From assembly GCA_964572275.1 (NCBI GenBank), contig CAZNED010000004.1, positions 1-34,028 of the forward strand: a stretch of 34,028 nucleotides of DNA, read 5' to 3'. The position numbers and the translations under genes are program-made. Position 1 is the stretch's first letter. Each line of letters opens with the position of its first letter. The stretch comes from an uncultured Candidatus Saccharibacteria bacterium. GTDB lineage: Bacteria > Patescibacteriota > Minisyncoccia > Minisyncoccales > UBA1441. Shown here piece by piece: positions 18,810-28,443 of the stretch. Under the pieces are notes generated by a model that saw only the letters and a program-made list of their open reading frames with translations, made no database searches and was not told where the DNA came from.

Positions 18810-19942
18810 TTTAAAGATAAATAATTTATAATATATTCAGCGATTACTCTAGCTGCGCGAGGACGAGCAAACGACCAAGCAGCCTCTCCCCTCTTCTTTA
18901 ATGATTCTAAGTCACTAAAAGCATATTGTACTGATTTTAAGAAAAAATGAGGAGTGAAATTATTCTCTTCTATCACCTGCGCTCCATAAGGAGCAAATAC
19001 ATATGCATTTTTAACTTGATGATTGCTAGCCGAGTTAGCTAAAGGGATTAAAATGCTTGGTTTGCCAAATGATGCGATCTCAAAAATAGTACCTGCTCCT
19101 GCTCGGGCAATAATAAGATCTGATGCTTGGTAAGCATTCCCCGCCTCCCATTCATTTAAGAATGGATAAAGATGATAAAAATTCCAAAATTTCTTATCCA
19201 CAGCTATTTTAGCTGCTATTCTTATTTCTTCGAAATTCGCACGACCACAATGATGAATAACCTCGAATTGTTCTAGGAGAGGCTGTATTACATCCAAAAC
19301 TGTATTATTTATGGTTTTAGCCCCCTGAGAGCCTCCATAAATGAAAATAATGGGCTTGTTGGATAATATACCCAACGCCTTTCGAGCGCTTTGCTTGTCT
19401 TGCTTCAATAAATCTATCCTAATGGGGTTGCCAACATTTAAAAACCTTTTGCGATTCTCTTTATTTTCTGGAAAAGAAGTAAAGACTTCCAACGCCCATT
19501 TTGCGGCAAAACGATTAGTTTTTCCCATAACTGTGTCAGATTCATGAACGAAAATAGGAATTTGTAATAAAAGCGACCAGAATACTGTCGGGAATGCCCC
19601 ATATCCCCCTTTACAGAAAACCAGATCTGGTGAAATAAAAAATAGATATAAAAATGAAATTACAAAACTTGCCGGTATTTTAAAGAAAATGTCTACAAAA
19701 TTACGCCAAGAAAAATAGCGACGAATTTTACCGCCTAATGTAAATTTAGTTTTTACTCCTTCTTTCGGAAAAAGATCAAGCGCTAGATCATCTCGAGGGC
19801 CAATATAATATAATGCAATATCTCTGTTCTTATCTATTTTTTTCATCTCTTGCATGATTGCAAGAATTGGGAAAACATGCCCTCCACTTCCTCCACCTGT
19901 AAAAACTATTTTAAACTTATTTTTTTTATTTTTTTGAATCAT
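18806..19942 (-). CDS. murG: Lipid II GlcNAc transferase MurG
   Basis: TGGGSGGHVFP, KGGY, HESD, GNPIR, GGSQGA, RAGAGT, HQVKNA; start set at ATG 19942. Confidence 0.95.
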   Translation of the reverse strand: MIQKNKKNKFKIVFTGGGSGGHVFPILAIMQEMKKIDKNRDIALYYIGPRDDLALDLFPKEGVKTKFTLGGKIRRYFSWRNFVDIFFKIPASFVISFLYLFFISPDLVFCKGGYGAFPTVFWSLLLQIPIFVHESDTVMGKTNRFAAKWALEVFTSFPENKENRKRFLNVGNPIRIDLLKQDKQSARKALGILSNKPIIFIYGGSQGAKTINNTVLDVIQPLLEQFEVIHHCGRANFEEIRIAAKIAVDKKFWNFYHLYPFLNEWEAGNAYQASDLIIARAGAGTIFEIASFGKPSILIPLANSASNHQVKNAYVFAPYGAQVIEENNFTPHFFLKSVQYAFSDLESLKKRGEAAWSFARPRAARVIAEYIINYLSLK

Positions 19943-21029
19943 TGAGCAAAAAACCAATTCCTATAATTTGAGATGCTAAAGCAGATCCACCATAACTAAT
20001 AAATGGTAATGGCATACCCGTTAATGGAATTAATCTCAGATTTGCGGCAATATGCACGAATGCTTGCACAGCAAACCACGTTACTATTCCTATGCTTATT
20101 AAATAATGATAACGATCGGAACGATTCATAGTCAAACGAATACTGAACCAAATCCATGCAACAAAAATCAAGATCAGCGCAACCGATCCGATGAATCCCA
20201 CCTCTTCTGCTATTATAGCAAAAATTGAATCACTTATGGAGTGTGGCAGAAATCCGAATTTCTGGCGACTAAATCCTAAGCCTAAACCAAATAATCCTCC
20301 CGATCCTATAGCATAAAGCATTTGCTTAATCTGGTATACAGCTGATAGTGGCGCCCGATCTGGATCTAAGAAAGTTAACAAACGAGTTAACCGATAAGAA
20401 GAAAATCGCGTTAATGCTAAAAATCCTAAAGAAATTATAATCCCCAGCATTATTATATTTCCTATGGGCATTTCCGAGGCAAAATATATAGTTAGAGCCA
20501 CGGCAACAATAATTCCCAGAGTACTTAAATCAGGTTGAAAAATCATCAAAATACCCATGGCAAAGATTAGTACGATGAAAGTCAAGAAAAGTTTACGATA
20601 TTCTTTTCTTCCGACAAATTCTGCGGCAATATGTGAAAAATATAGGATGAAGGAAATTTTTAATAACTCTGATGGTTGAAATGAAATCGGACCCAGGCTT
20701 AACCATCTTCTACTTCCACCTAGCATTTTACCGAAATAAGGTAAAAATAATAAAATTAGTAATCCCAAATTGGCTATAAATAAATATGGTGTCAATTTTC
20801 GGAAACGATTTAAAGGAAGTTTGTAGGCGATAAATCCCAATATAAGGCCAGGGATTATGCCATGCAATAATTGTCGCTTCAAATAATAATAACTACTCCC
20901 ATATTTCGCCAGCGCTATGGGAGCAGATGTCATAGCCAATATTAATAATCCAACAAAAATCAAGACCAAGGATAAACTTATGATTATCCATTGATTATTT
21001 CGAATTTGTTCTGTATTTTTTGCTATCAT
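19926..21029 (-). CDS. ftsW: SEDS peptidoglycan polymerase FtsW
   Basis: Multi-TM; GSRRW, FQPSELLK, QPDL, GSGG, DSIFAIIAEEVG, PLTGMPLPFISYGGS; lies between murD and murG. Confidence 0.92.
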   Translation of the reverse strand: MIAKNTEQIRNNQWIIISLSLVLIFVGLLILAMTSAPIALAKYGSSYYYLKRQLLHGIIPGLILGFIAYKLPLNRFRKLTPYLFIANLGLLILLFLPYFGKMLGGSRRWLSLGPISFQPSELLKISFILYFSHIAAEFVGRKEYRKLFLTFIVLIFAMGILMIFQPDLSTLGIIVAVALTIYFASEMPIGNIIMLGIIISLGFLALTRFSSYRLTRLLTFLDPDRAPLSAVYQIKQMLYAIGSGGLFGLGLGFSRQKFGFLPHSISDSIFAIIAEEVGFIGSVALILIFVAWIWFSIRLTMNRSDRYHYLISIGIVTWFAVQAFVHIAANLRLIPLTGMPLPFISYGGSALASQIIGIGFLLNDSKK

Positions 21030-22446
21030 CGCCTATTTTTTGAACCCAATAATTAAAGGTCTCTCCCCTATCTTGATAATCTTTGAAAGTGCTAAAACTA
21101 GCTGAAGCAGGAGAAAGAAGGCAGATTTTTCCCGGAGGCGTTACTCGATAAGCGTGGGTTATCGCGCCTTTCATCGTTTTTACATGTTTAATTTTCGGCG
21201 AAGGTTGATTGTGCTTATGTGCCATATCTTTCACTAACAATGCAATTCTAGGGCCAGTAATTGGAAACGTGATTAAATGTTTAATTCCACAATCTACAAT
21301 GTTCTGGGCTAATTTACGATAATCTAAAAATTTATCAGAACCACCAACGATTAATGTTGCAATTCTGTAATTGAGAGATGCCAGGGCTGACATGCTCGCT
21401 TCTGGTATTGTAGCCGCCGAATCATTATAGAATTCAATTTCTTTATATTTGCCTACAAATTCTAAACGAAAACGTGGGGATTTATATGTTTTACATCGGG
21501 ATACTATCGATTTATCAGACACGCCCATCATTTTAGCAATTATTACGGCAGGAAGAAGATTATGTTTTAAAGAGAGATTAACCCCTCGCAAATCTTTTTC
21601 TTTTAATATTAATTTATGTTTCTCTTGTGCTTTGGATCGATACCATAATCCTACATCATCCCAAAAACAAAAGCTTTTTTTGTTACCGGTTATGCTGAAA
21701 GTAATTTTTTGAGCCTGTGAATCATTAGCTATCGCCGATATTTTTTTATCATCCATGTTATAAATTAAAAAATCATTGTGCGATTGATGTATGGCAATAT
21801 TACTCTTTGCTTTGAAATAAGATCTCGGAGTTTTAAAATAATCAAGATGATCCGGCATTAAATTCAGAAAAACTGCTATATGCGGACTGATTTTTAAGCG
21901 ATCTAATTGATGAGATGACATCTCGTAGACAAACCAGTTTTTCTTGTTTTTTGTTTTATTCCAAAAAGTAAAAGCTGGGACTCCCATATTTCCCAAAAGA
22001 ATGCTATCAATTTTATCTTTGATTAGATGATGAATAAGCGTAGAGGTACTGCTCTTTCCTTTTGTGCCAGTAACTCCGATCGTTTGTTGATACATCCGAT
22101 TTAAGAATATTTCCGTCTCAGATGTAACGATGATATTTTGAGATAGAGCTTTTTTAATTTCTCGAGTAGCAAAAGCTATTCCTGGAGATTTTATAACAAC
22201 TTGATATTTAGAAATATCTCTAAAACAATCATGGCCGAAATGTAAATCCAATAATGAGTCATTCTTCATGATTTCTTTCCATCCTAAATCCATTTCTTGT
22301 AATGATCTACTATCAGCTAATCCTAATCGTTTCTGCGGATAAAATTGGCGCAATAATTTATATGAACTCTCCCCTTCTCTTCCTAAGCCATAGATCAAAA
22401 CTTTTTTCTTGGCTAAATTATTTATTGTTATAGATGACTTGTCCAT
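20995..22446 (-). CDS. murD: UDP-MurNAc-L-Ala:D-Glu ligase
   Basis: GLGREG, KSPGI, GVTGTKGKSST, EMSSHQL, DHLDY, NDSAAT, LSPASASF...RG. Confidence 0.94.
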   Translation of the reverse strand: MDKSSITINNLAKKKVLIYGLGREGESSYKLLRQFYPQKRLGLADSRSLQEMDLGWKEIMKNDSLLDLHFGHDCFRDISKYQVVIKSPGIAFATREIKKALSQNIIVTSETEIFLNRMYQQTIGVTGTKGKSSTSTLIHHLIKDKIDSILLGNMGVPAFTFWNKTKNKKNWFVYEMSSHQLDRLKISPHIAVFLNLMPDHLDYFKTPRSYFKAKSNIAIHQSHNDFLIYNMDDKKISAIANDSQAQKITFSITGNKKSFCFWDDVGLWYRSKAQEKHKLILKEKDLRGVNLSLKHNLLPAVIIAKMMGVSDKSIVSRCKTYKSPRFRLEFVGKYKEIEFYNDSAATIPEASMSALASLNYRIATLIVGGSDKFLDYRKLAQNIVDCGIKHLITFPITGPRIALLVKDMAHKHNQPSPKIKHVKTMKGAITHAYRVTPPGKICLLSPASASFSTFKDYQDRGETFNYWVQKIGDDSKKYRTNSK

Positions 22447-23200
22447 TAATGTTCCTGTTAAGGCAAAGACGACTAATTAGTTTCAAATGATATGGTTTCG
22501 CGCTAAAGTAAAATTCATGATCCTGATCGCTTTTTTTAAATACGGGATTTTTTTGTAGAAAATCTTTAACATTTAAAGCTAAAGCATTAGCTGGGTCAAT
22601 AATGTTTATTTTTGGACCCATAATTTCAGTGATGATATCCCTTAAAAGTGGATAATGAGTACAGCCCATAACAAGAGTATCTATCCCTTTTTCCCGCAAA
22701 GGAATTAAATATTCTTGGGCTATTTCTTTTGTCCCAGGTCGGTCCATCCAACCTTCTTCAATAATTGGAACAAATAATGGACATGCTTGCATATGTAAAG
22801 ACGCAATCTGACCAGATTCTTCCAACCTTTTAGAATATATATTGCTTTCAATCATTCCTGGTGTTCCAATTACTCCAATTTTTCTGTTTTGACTAGTTGT
22901 CAATGCTTCTTTAAGGCCAGGAGTTAGAACATCAAAAACTGGCACCTCTAATTCTTCGTGTAATAAATCAAATGCCCATGAAGATGCTGTGTGGCAAGCG
23001 ATGATAATTAATTCAGCACCATTTTGTATGAGCCATCTGGAATTATCTTTGGACCATTGCTGAATTAAGCTCGCTTGCTTTGTTCCGTACGGCAATCGAG
23101 CGGTATCTCCGAAATAAATTATTTGATATTCAGGTAGATAATTTAATAATTCTTTTACGACAGTTAATCCACCCAAACCAGAATCAAAAACGCCAATCAT
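22418..23200 (-). CDS. murI: Glutamate racemase
   Basis: GVFDSGLGGLTV, GDTARLPYG, ACHTAS, GCTHYP. Confidence 0.96.
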   Translation of the reverse strand: MIGVFDSGLGGLTVVKELLNYLPEYQIIYFGDTARLPYGTKQASLIQQWSKDNSRWLIQNGAELIIIACHTASSWAFDLLHEELEVPVFDVLTPGLKEALTTSQNRKIGVIGTPGMIESNIYSKRLEESGQIASLHMQACPLFVPIIEEGWMDRPGTKEIAQEYLIPLREKGIDTLVMGCTHYPLLRDIITEIMGPKINIIDPANALALNVKDFLQKNPVFKKSDQDHEFYFSAKPYHLKLISRLCLNRNINGQVIYNNK

Positions 23201-23201
23201 A

Positions 23202-24272
23202 TTACCATAAAAGCCTAATAGCTACTCCGATTAATGCCATGACCAATCCAATGACCCAAAATCTCATAGTCACTTTATAATGAGGCCAGCCTTTCGCTTC
23301 AAAATGGTGATGGATTGGGGCGGCTAAAAATAATTTCCGACCATAAATTTTCTTGTGTAATAGCTGGATAATAACTGATCCAGATTCTAATACTAATAAA
23401 AATCCTATGATCGGTAAAACAAATAGCGAATCAGTGAAGAAGGCTATCACTGTTAAAGTTGCGCATAGACCCATAACTGTCTCTCCAAGATAAAATCGAG
23501 CAGGAGGAATATTGAACCATAAAAAAGCCAACAAAGCTCCTACTAATACTAAACAAAAGGCTGCTAAGTCATACTGCAAATTTAAAAATGCAATAATAGC
23601 AAATGCCCCGAAGATAATAGAGAATGTTCCTCCAGCTAAACCATCTAAACCATCGATGATGCCGCCACTATACACTCCCAACATGGTGATAATAAAAATA
23701 GGGATCAACCACCATCCCACAAAAATACTACCAATTCCCGGTATACCAATAGTCGTAACACCTAATTTGAAATAAAACCACCAACCCCCAATTAAACCGA
23801 TCAAACCAATAAGCCCTATTCTCCATGAAAGCTTTAGTCCTCCACCGATATATTTCCCCTTTCCTCTAATTTGGAGTAAATCATCCACTAGCCCTAAAAC
23901 AGAAGCTGAAAACAAGGCGAAAATAGGTAACCAGGTTTGAGCTCTATTAACAAAATTAATTTGCCCAGTTAAACCGATGTCGAATTTAGAAAGAATTAAG
24001 AAAATTAACGCTACTAATAAAGGAATGGCCCAAATAATTATTCCCCCAACACGAGGAATCCTTGTCCCCTCGCCACCGTGGAATTTACTAAATACTTCCA
24101 ATTTTTTTCCATCAATGCTTTTATCCTTATCTTTTTTTCTCCAAAGTTGATGTTTATAGATAAAATCAGTAAACTTTGGAATGATAGCCAAGGACAATAA
24201 AAAGGAAAGGAAGCCAAGCCCGAATATGCGGACTGTTTGCCAAATGATATAAGAATCAGTTTCTAAAACCAT
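23202..24272 (-). CDS. mraY: Phospho-MurNAc-pentapeptide translocase
   Basis: Multi-TM; PRVGG, LGLVDD, DGLDGL, FLWFNIPPARFYLGE, APIHHHFE. Confidence 0.94.
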   Translation of the reverse strand: MVLETDSYIIWQTVRIFGLGFLSFLLSLAIIPKFTDFIYKHQLWRKKDKDKSIDGKKLEVFSKFHGGEGTRIPRVGGIIIWAIPLLVALIFLILSKFDIGLTGQINFVNRAQTWLPIFALFSASVLGLVDDLLQIRGKGKYIGGGLKLSWRIGLIGLIGLIGGWWFYFKLGVTTIGIPGIGSIFVGWWLIPIFIITMLGVYSGGIIDGLDGLAGGTFSIIFGAFAIIAFLNLQYDLAAFCLVLVGALLAFLWFNIPPARFYLGETVMGLCATLTVIAFFTDSLFVLPIIGFLLVLESGSVIIQLLHKKIYGRKLFLAAPIHHHFEAKGWPHYKVTMRFWVIGLVMALIGVAIRLLW

Positions 24273-25296
24273 AATAGTTAGAAGAATAAAGATATGCCTT
24301 TGGTAGCCACTCTACAATTTTTTTAGTATCTTCAAAACGATTCTTGGAGCCTAAAACAACAATCACTAAGTGAGTGTCGATATCCTTCATCTTAAAAACA
24401 GAAATTAGGCATTCGCCAGCTGCTGGAAGATATCCTGTTTTACCACCTTCTAGTTCTGAATAATATCCAAGCAATTGATTATTATTAATCACTCTATAAT
24501 AGAAAGCGCTAGTTTCGTCATATATGGGATAAGTATTAGTGGCCAGGATTGATCTGATAATTTCATAATCCTGATCTTGCCAAAGATAAGCGATTAATTG
24601 GGTTAATTCATGAGCTGTCGAGCGATTCCCCATTCCATTTGATCCATTTAATCCGCTGGGCGTAACAAATGTTGTGTTATCTAGGCCTAATAAAATCGCT
24701 TTTTTATTCATTTCATTTATGAAGGCGGTGACACCTCTGTTTTCGGCCAGAGCATAAGCAGCTCCATTGTTAGATTCCATCAACATTAAATACAGAATAT
24801 TTTTAACATTCAAATAATCGCCTTCTTTGAGAATACCCACTTGCCCATCCTGATCAGAGGCCTCTCTCGAAATGGTAACTTGCTGATCAAGTTCAAATAA
24901 ATCTATGGCTACTATGGCCGTCATTAATTTAGTTATGCTTGCAATTATATAGGGATGATCAGCATTCCTGGCTAATAAATTTTTTACACTTCCGTCTAAG
25001 CGAATCTCTATGGCTGAAGCAGCATAAAGATCTAAGTCTGGCTCAGGAACAGACCAATTCCTAATTGGCCTGTAGGCATTCAATAATCGATCTACTTGAT
25101 CATAATTTTGAGCAATAAGATTTTCTGGATTTAAAATTCTCCAATAGAAATAATTAGTTAACAATGGCCGAATAACAAAAAAAGCAAAAGTTATTAAAAC
25201 AACTCCAGTTATTATGAGTATTATTTCTTGACGATTTATAATAAATATATTCCTGTGATTCTTACTTCTATTTTTCTGCATAAAATTTACTATCAT
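24256..25296 (-). CDS. D-alanyl-D-alanine carboxypeptidase (peptidase S11)
   Basis: N-terminal TM; SxxK (ASITK), SxN (SNN), KTG (GGKTGY). Confidence 0.9.
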   Translation of the reverse strand: MIVNFMQKNRSKNHRNIFIINRQEIILIITGVVLITFAFFVIRPLLTNYFYWRILNPENLIAQNYDQVDRLLNAYRPIRNWSVPEPDLDLYAASAIEIRLDGSVKNLLARNADHPYIIASITKLMTAIVAIDLFELDQQVTISREASDQDGQVGILKEGDYLNVKNILYLMLMESNNGAAYALAENRGVTAFINEMNKKAILLGLDNTTFVTPSGLNGSNGMGNRSTAHELTQLIAYLWQDQDYEIIRSILATNTYPIYDETSAFYYRVINNNQLLGYYSELEGGKTGYLPAAGECLISVFKMKDIDTHLVIVVLGSKNRFEDTKKIVEWLPKAYLYSSNYYGFRN

Positions 25297-26681
25297 TTAT
25301 TTTCCGTATTCTTCAAAGATAAATTCAATTCTCTTAATTGTTCATGAGTTATCCCGGCCGGAGAACCTGTCATTAATTCTTTTCCTCCTTCAGTTTTTGG
25401 GAAAGGAATAACTTCGCGAATATTTTTCTCATCTAACATGATTGATAAAAATCGATCTAAGCCAATGGCAATACCACCATGTGGAGGAACTCCAAAACTA
25501 AATGCTTCCAATAAATGCCCAAAATTATCTTTGATAGTCTTTTCATCATGGCCTAAAACTTCAAAGATTGTTTGAAGCATTTCTGATTTATAAGTACGCA
25601 AACTCCCTCCCCCAATTTCAGCTCCATTAAGAACTAAATCATATTGAAATGCTTTAATCTGACCAGGATTATTTTTGATTTCATCAAGATTATCCGTTTG
25701 AGGGCGCGTAAAAGGATGATGGACAGAAGTCCATCCGATTTGATCAGCTGGTTTCTCAAACATAGGAAAATCAATGACAAAAGCGAATGCCAATTCTTTA
25801 TTATCGTTTTTATCGGATCGTAAATCTGGACGATCGCTCTGATAAAGTTTCATTGCCTCATCGTAAGTTAATCTAGGAAATGGGAATTCTTTTATTTTCT
25901 TATCGGAAAAAACTGTTTCCACCACTTCTTTAAACATATTTTCCATCATCTCTAAAATTTCTTTTTGATCGACAAAAGATAATTCTATATCTAATTGTGT
26001 GAATTCTGCCTGACGATCAGATCTAAAATCTTCATCTCGAAAACAACGCGCAATTTGAAAATATCTCTCTAGGCCAGCAACCATTAATAATTGTTTGTAT
26101 TGTTGTGGACTTTGAGGAAGTGCGTAAAAAGTTCCAGGGTAATGTCGAGATGGAACGACGAAATCTCTTGCTCCTTCAGGGGTCGATCTGGCCAAGACGG
26201 GTGTGTCTATTTCTCGAAATCCCTGATCACTTAAAAGACGTCTCAGTAATTGAAATACTTTGTGTCTTACTGTTAAATTGCGCTGCATCCTCGGTCTTCT
26301 TAGATCTAAGTAACGATATTTTAATCTACTCTCTTCACTGATGTCAGAGCCACTTTCTCTCAAATCAAAGGGTGGCGTTTCGGCTTTGCTAAGCACCGTA
26401 ATTTCATTTATTTCCATTTCTATCCGCCCAGTCTCTAAATCTTCATTGACCATATTCTCGGGCCTACTTTTCACCAAGCCGACTATTTCTACAACCCATT
26501 CTGGTCTCAAGGAGTCGACTCCTTCCATGCCTTTAGAGCCGACTGCTTGGATTGAACCACTGCGATCACGCAAATCAATAAAAATAATTTTGCCGTGATC
26601 GCGGCAACTGCTTATCCATCCATCGACCTTAATTGTTTCCCCTATTAATTTAGGGGCATCGGCAATAAGAGTTCTATTCAT
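25293..26681 (-). CDS. aspS: Aspartyl-tRNA synthetase, short form lacking the GAD insertion domain, probably non-discriminating
   Basis: RDHG, FIDLRD, RLKYRYLDLRR, STPEGARDF, LPQSPQ, CFRDED, PPHGGIAIGLDR; SDRPDLR runs straight into FVIDFPMFE; start at ATG 26681. Confidence 0.94.
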   Translation of the reverse strand: MNRTLIADAPKLIGETIKVDGWISSCRDHGKIIFIDLRDRSGSIQAVGSKGMEGVDSLRPEWVVEIVGLVKSRPENMVNEDLETGRIEMEINEITVLSKAETPPFDLRESGSDISEESRLKYRYLDLRRPRMQRNLTVRHKVFQLLRRLLSDQGFREIDTPVLARSTPEGARDFVVPSRHYPGTFYALPQSPQQYKQLLMVAGLERYFQIARCFRDEDFRSDRQAEFTQLDIELSFVDQKEILEMMENMFKEVVETVFSDKKIKEFPFPRLTYDEAMKLYQSDRPDLRSDKNDNKELAFAFVIDFPMFEKPADQIGWTSVHHPFTRPQTDNLDEIKNNPGQIKAFQYDLVLNGAEIGGGSLRTYKSEMLQTIFEVLGHDEKTIKDNFGHLLEAFSFGVPPHGGIAIGLDRFLSIMLDEKNIREVIPFPKTEGGKELMTGSPAGITHEQLRELNLSLKNTENK

Positions 26682-27048
26682 CTTTATTGTGAAAATAATT
26701 TTTAATCTTATCAACTATTTCCTGAGGATCATGATCTGCTTTAATAATATATTCCTTAATTCCGAATTTCTGCGCTTTTTTTTCTGTTTCTGGATTGTCA
26801 TAATTTGAAAAGACGATAACTGGAATGTTTTTAAAAACTCCTTCTTTTTCGATTTGTTCTAAGAAAAAAATCCCATTTTCGTTTGGTAAAATAATATCCA
26901 AAACAATCAGATCTGGCTTTTCTGATTTAACCAAAGAAATTCCTTCTTTAGCAGTACGCGCTATTGCTACTTCGAATCCCGCTCTAATAAATTTCTCTTC
27001 ATACATTCGAATCAACATTTCTTCATCTTCTATAAGCAGAATTTTCAT
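26674..27048 (-). CDS. Stand-alone response regulator receiver domain
   Basis: KILLIEDE, PDLIVLDIILP (phospho-Asp), NG, FSN, YIIK; no output domain. Confidence 0.92.
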   Translation of the reverse strand: MKILLIEDEEMLIRMYEEKFIRAGFEVAIARTAKEGISLVKSEKPDLIVLDIILPNENGIFFLEQIEKEGVFKNIPVIVFSNYDNPETEKKAQKFGIKEYIIKADHDPQEIVDKIKNYFHNKDE

Positions 27049-27722
27049 TTTTCCTCTTTCTTAATTTTATTACCTAAGTTTTTCAAAAAATCTTTGGCAA
27101 CCTCTTGTCCGCCCAAGCCAAAAGCCAGACCGAATGCTAAAACTAGGAAATATATCAATCCTTGGAACAAGATAGTTGTCATTTCTGGCACAATTCCAAT
27201 TTGCCTAAGAATGACTAAGATAGCTAAACCCCAGATCCCCCATCTAGCGAATTTTTCGGCAACAAAAGCATAGCTTGCATCAATCCAATTAATGGAAATA
27301 CGGATAATATTTCCAGCTGCATCAGCTAGGATGGTAGCAACAATGAAAATCAACATAGCTATGAGAAGATTTGGAAGCCAGCGAACTATTGCCATAATAA
27401 AATTAGCGATGCTCGGTAGGCTTAGTGCTTCCGCAGCCATTGACAAGAATAGAAGGATTAATAGCCAGCGCACTATCCATCCCCCCATATCAGATAAGTT
27501 TGATTTTATCCCCGATTGCTCTAATCCTCTTTTCCAACTATTTTTTTGGAAAAGCTGATCTATGCGAATTTTTCGCAATAATCGACTAGTTAAATGGCCT
27601 AACCAAATAGCCAATAAACATCCCATTATAAAAATCACTAAAATAAGAACAAGATTAGGCAATTGATCAAGAAATCTAGTCCACATTTCAACAATAATTG
27701 TTTGTAAATTAAATGGATTCAT
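27045..27722 (-). CDS. TM_helix repeat / CmpX-like (small mechanosensitive channel-related) membrane protein
   Basis: Two LPNL-led hydrophobic repeats; C-terminal AFGLAFGLGG. Confidence 0.75.
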   Translation of the reverse strand: MNPFNLQTIIVEMWTRFLDQLPNLVLILVIFIMGCLLAIWLGHLTSRLLRKIRIDQLFQKNSWKRGLEQSGIKSNLSDMGGWIVRWLLILLFLSMAAEALSLPSIANFIMAIVRWLPNLLIAMLIFIVATILADAAGNIIRISINWIDASYAFVAEKFARWGIWGLAILVILRQIGIVPEMTTILFQGLIYFLVLAFGLAFGLGGQEVAKDFLKNLGNKIKKEEK

Positions 27723-27729
27723 ATTGGTA

Positions 27730-27758
27730 ATATTATCAAAATAAACTTATTTCATCAA
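27730..27758 (-). promoter_or_regulatory. Putative sigma70 promoter (leaderless) for the TM_helix gene-RR-aspS-cell wall run
   Basis: - strand TTGATG (27758-27753), 17 bp, TGn-TAATAT (27735-27730), 7 nt, then ATG. Confidence 0.5.
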
Positions 27759-28355
27759 TTAAAAATACTGATGATATGCATCTTCGATTTGTAAAAAGAC
27801 TTTATCTGGCGTTTTTTCTCCGTCAATCATAATGATGTGGTCAAATTCCTTAGCAACTCTTTCATATCCGGCCCAAACCTTTTTCAATGTTTCTGTCTTT
27901 TCAAAAAGCTCCAAATTAAATCTATTCTTATTAATTCTTGCCAAACAAGTTTCGGGGCTAGTCTTAATGATAAAAGTTAAGTCAGGTTCAATAAAATTTT
28001 TATTGATTTCTTTTAGCCAATTCCAATCACTTATTTCTGTTGATCCGAAAGCTATTGTTGAAAAAAAGTAACGATCTGTAATTACAGAAATTCCTTGATT
28101 TAATAAGGGCAGTATTTCCTTATCTAAATGATGCGCTCGATCGGCAGCGAAAAGCAATTGCAGACATTCTGGGCTAGAGTGCCAATCATGTGTCAATTGC
28201 CCCCTCACTAAACCACCAATAATATTATTTGTCGGTTCTTTAGTAAGATGAACTCGTTCATTCATCGCCTGGATAAAATCTGTTAATTTATTGGCTTGAG
28301 TCGTTTGCCCTGATCCATCTAATCCTTCAAATGCTATAAATTTGCCTCTTTCCAT
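27759..28355 (-). CDS. tmk: Thymidylate kinase
   Basis: FIAFEGLDGSG(Q)TTQ, TKEP, LLFAADR, ITDRYFFS, PDLTF. Confidence 0.92.
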   Translation of the reverse strand: MERGKFIAFEGLDGSGQTTQANKLTDFIQAMNERVHLTKEPTNNIIGGLVRGQLTHDWHSSPECLQLLFAADRAHHLDKEILPLLNQGISVITDRYFFSTIAFGSTEISDWNWLKEINKNFIEPDLTFIIKTSPETCLARINKNRFNLELFEKTETLKKVWAGYERVAKEFDHIIMIDGEKTPDKVFLQIEDAYHQYF

Positions 28356-28366
28356 AATACTTATTA

Positions 28367-28422
28367 TTCTACTATAAAAACTTTTTTCAGCAATTTACTT
28401 ATAATTTCAAGTTTAGTATAAT
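28367..28422. promoter_or_regulatory. Divergent promoter region between tmk and the accessory operon
   Basis: + strand TTTACT (28394-28399), 17 bp, TATAAT (28417-28422); - strand TTGCTG, 16 bp, TAGAAT ending 10 nt before the tmk ATG. Confidence 0.45.
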
Positions 28423-28443
28423 AACGAAGCAACTTGTTAGAAT

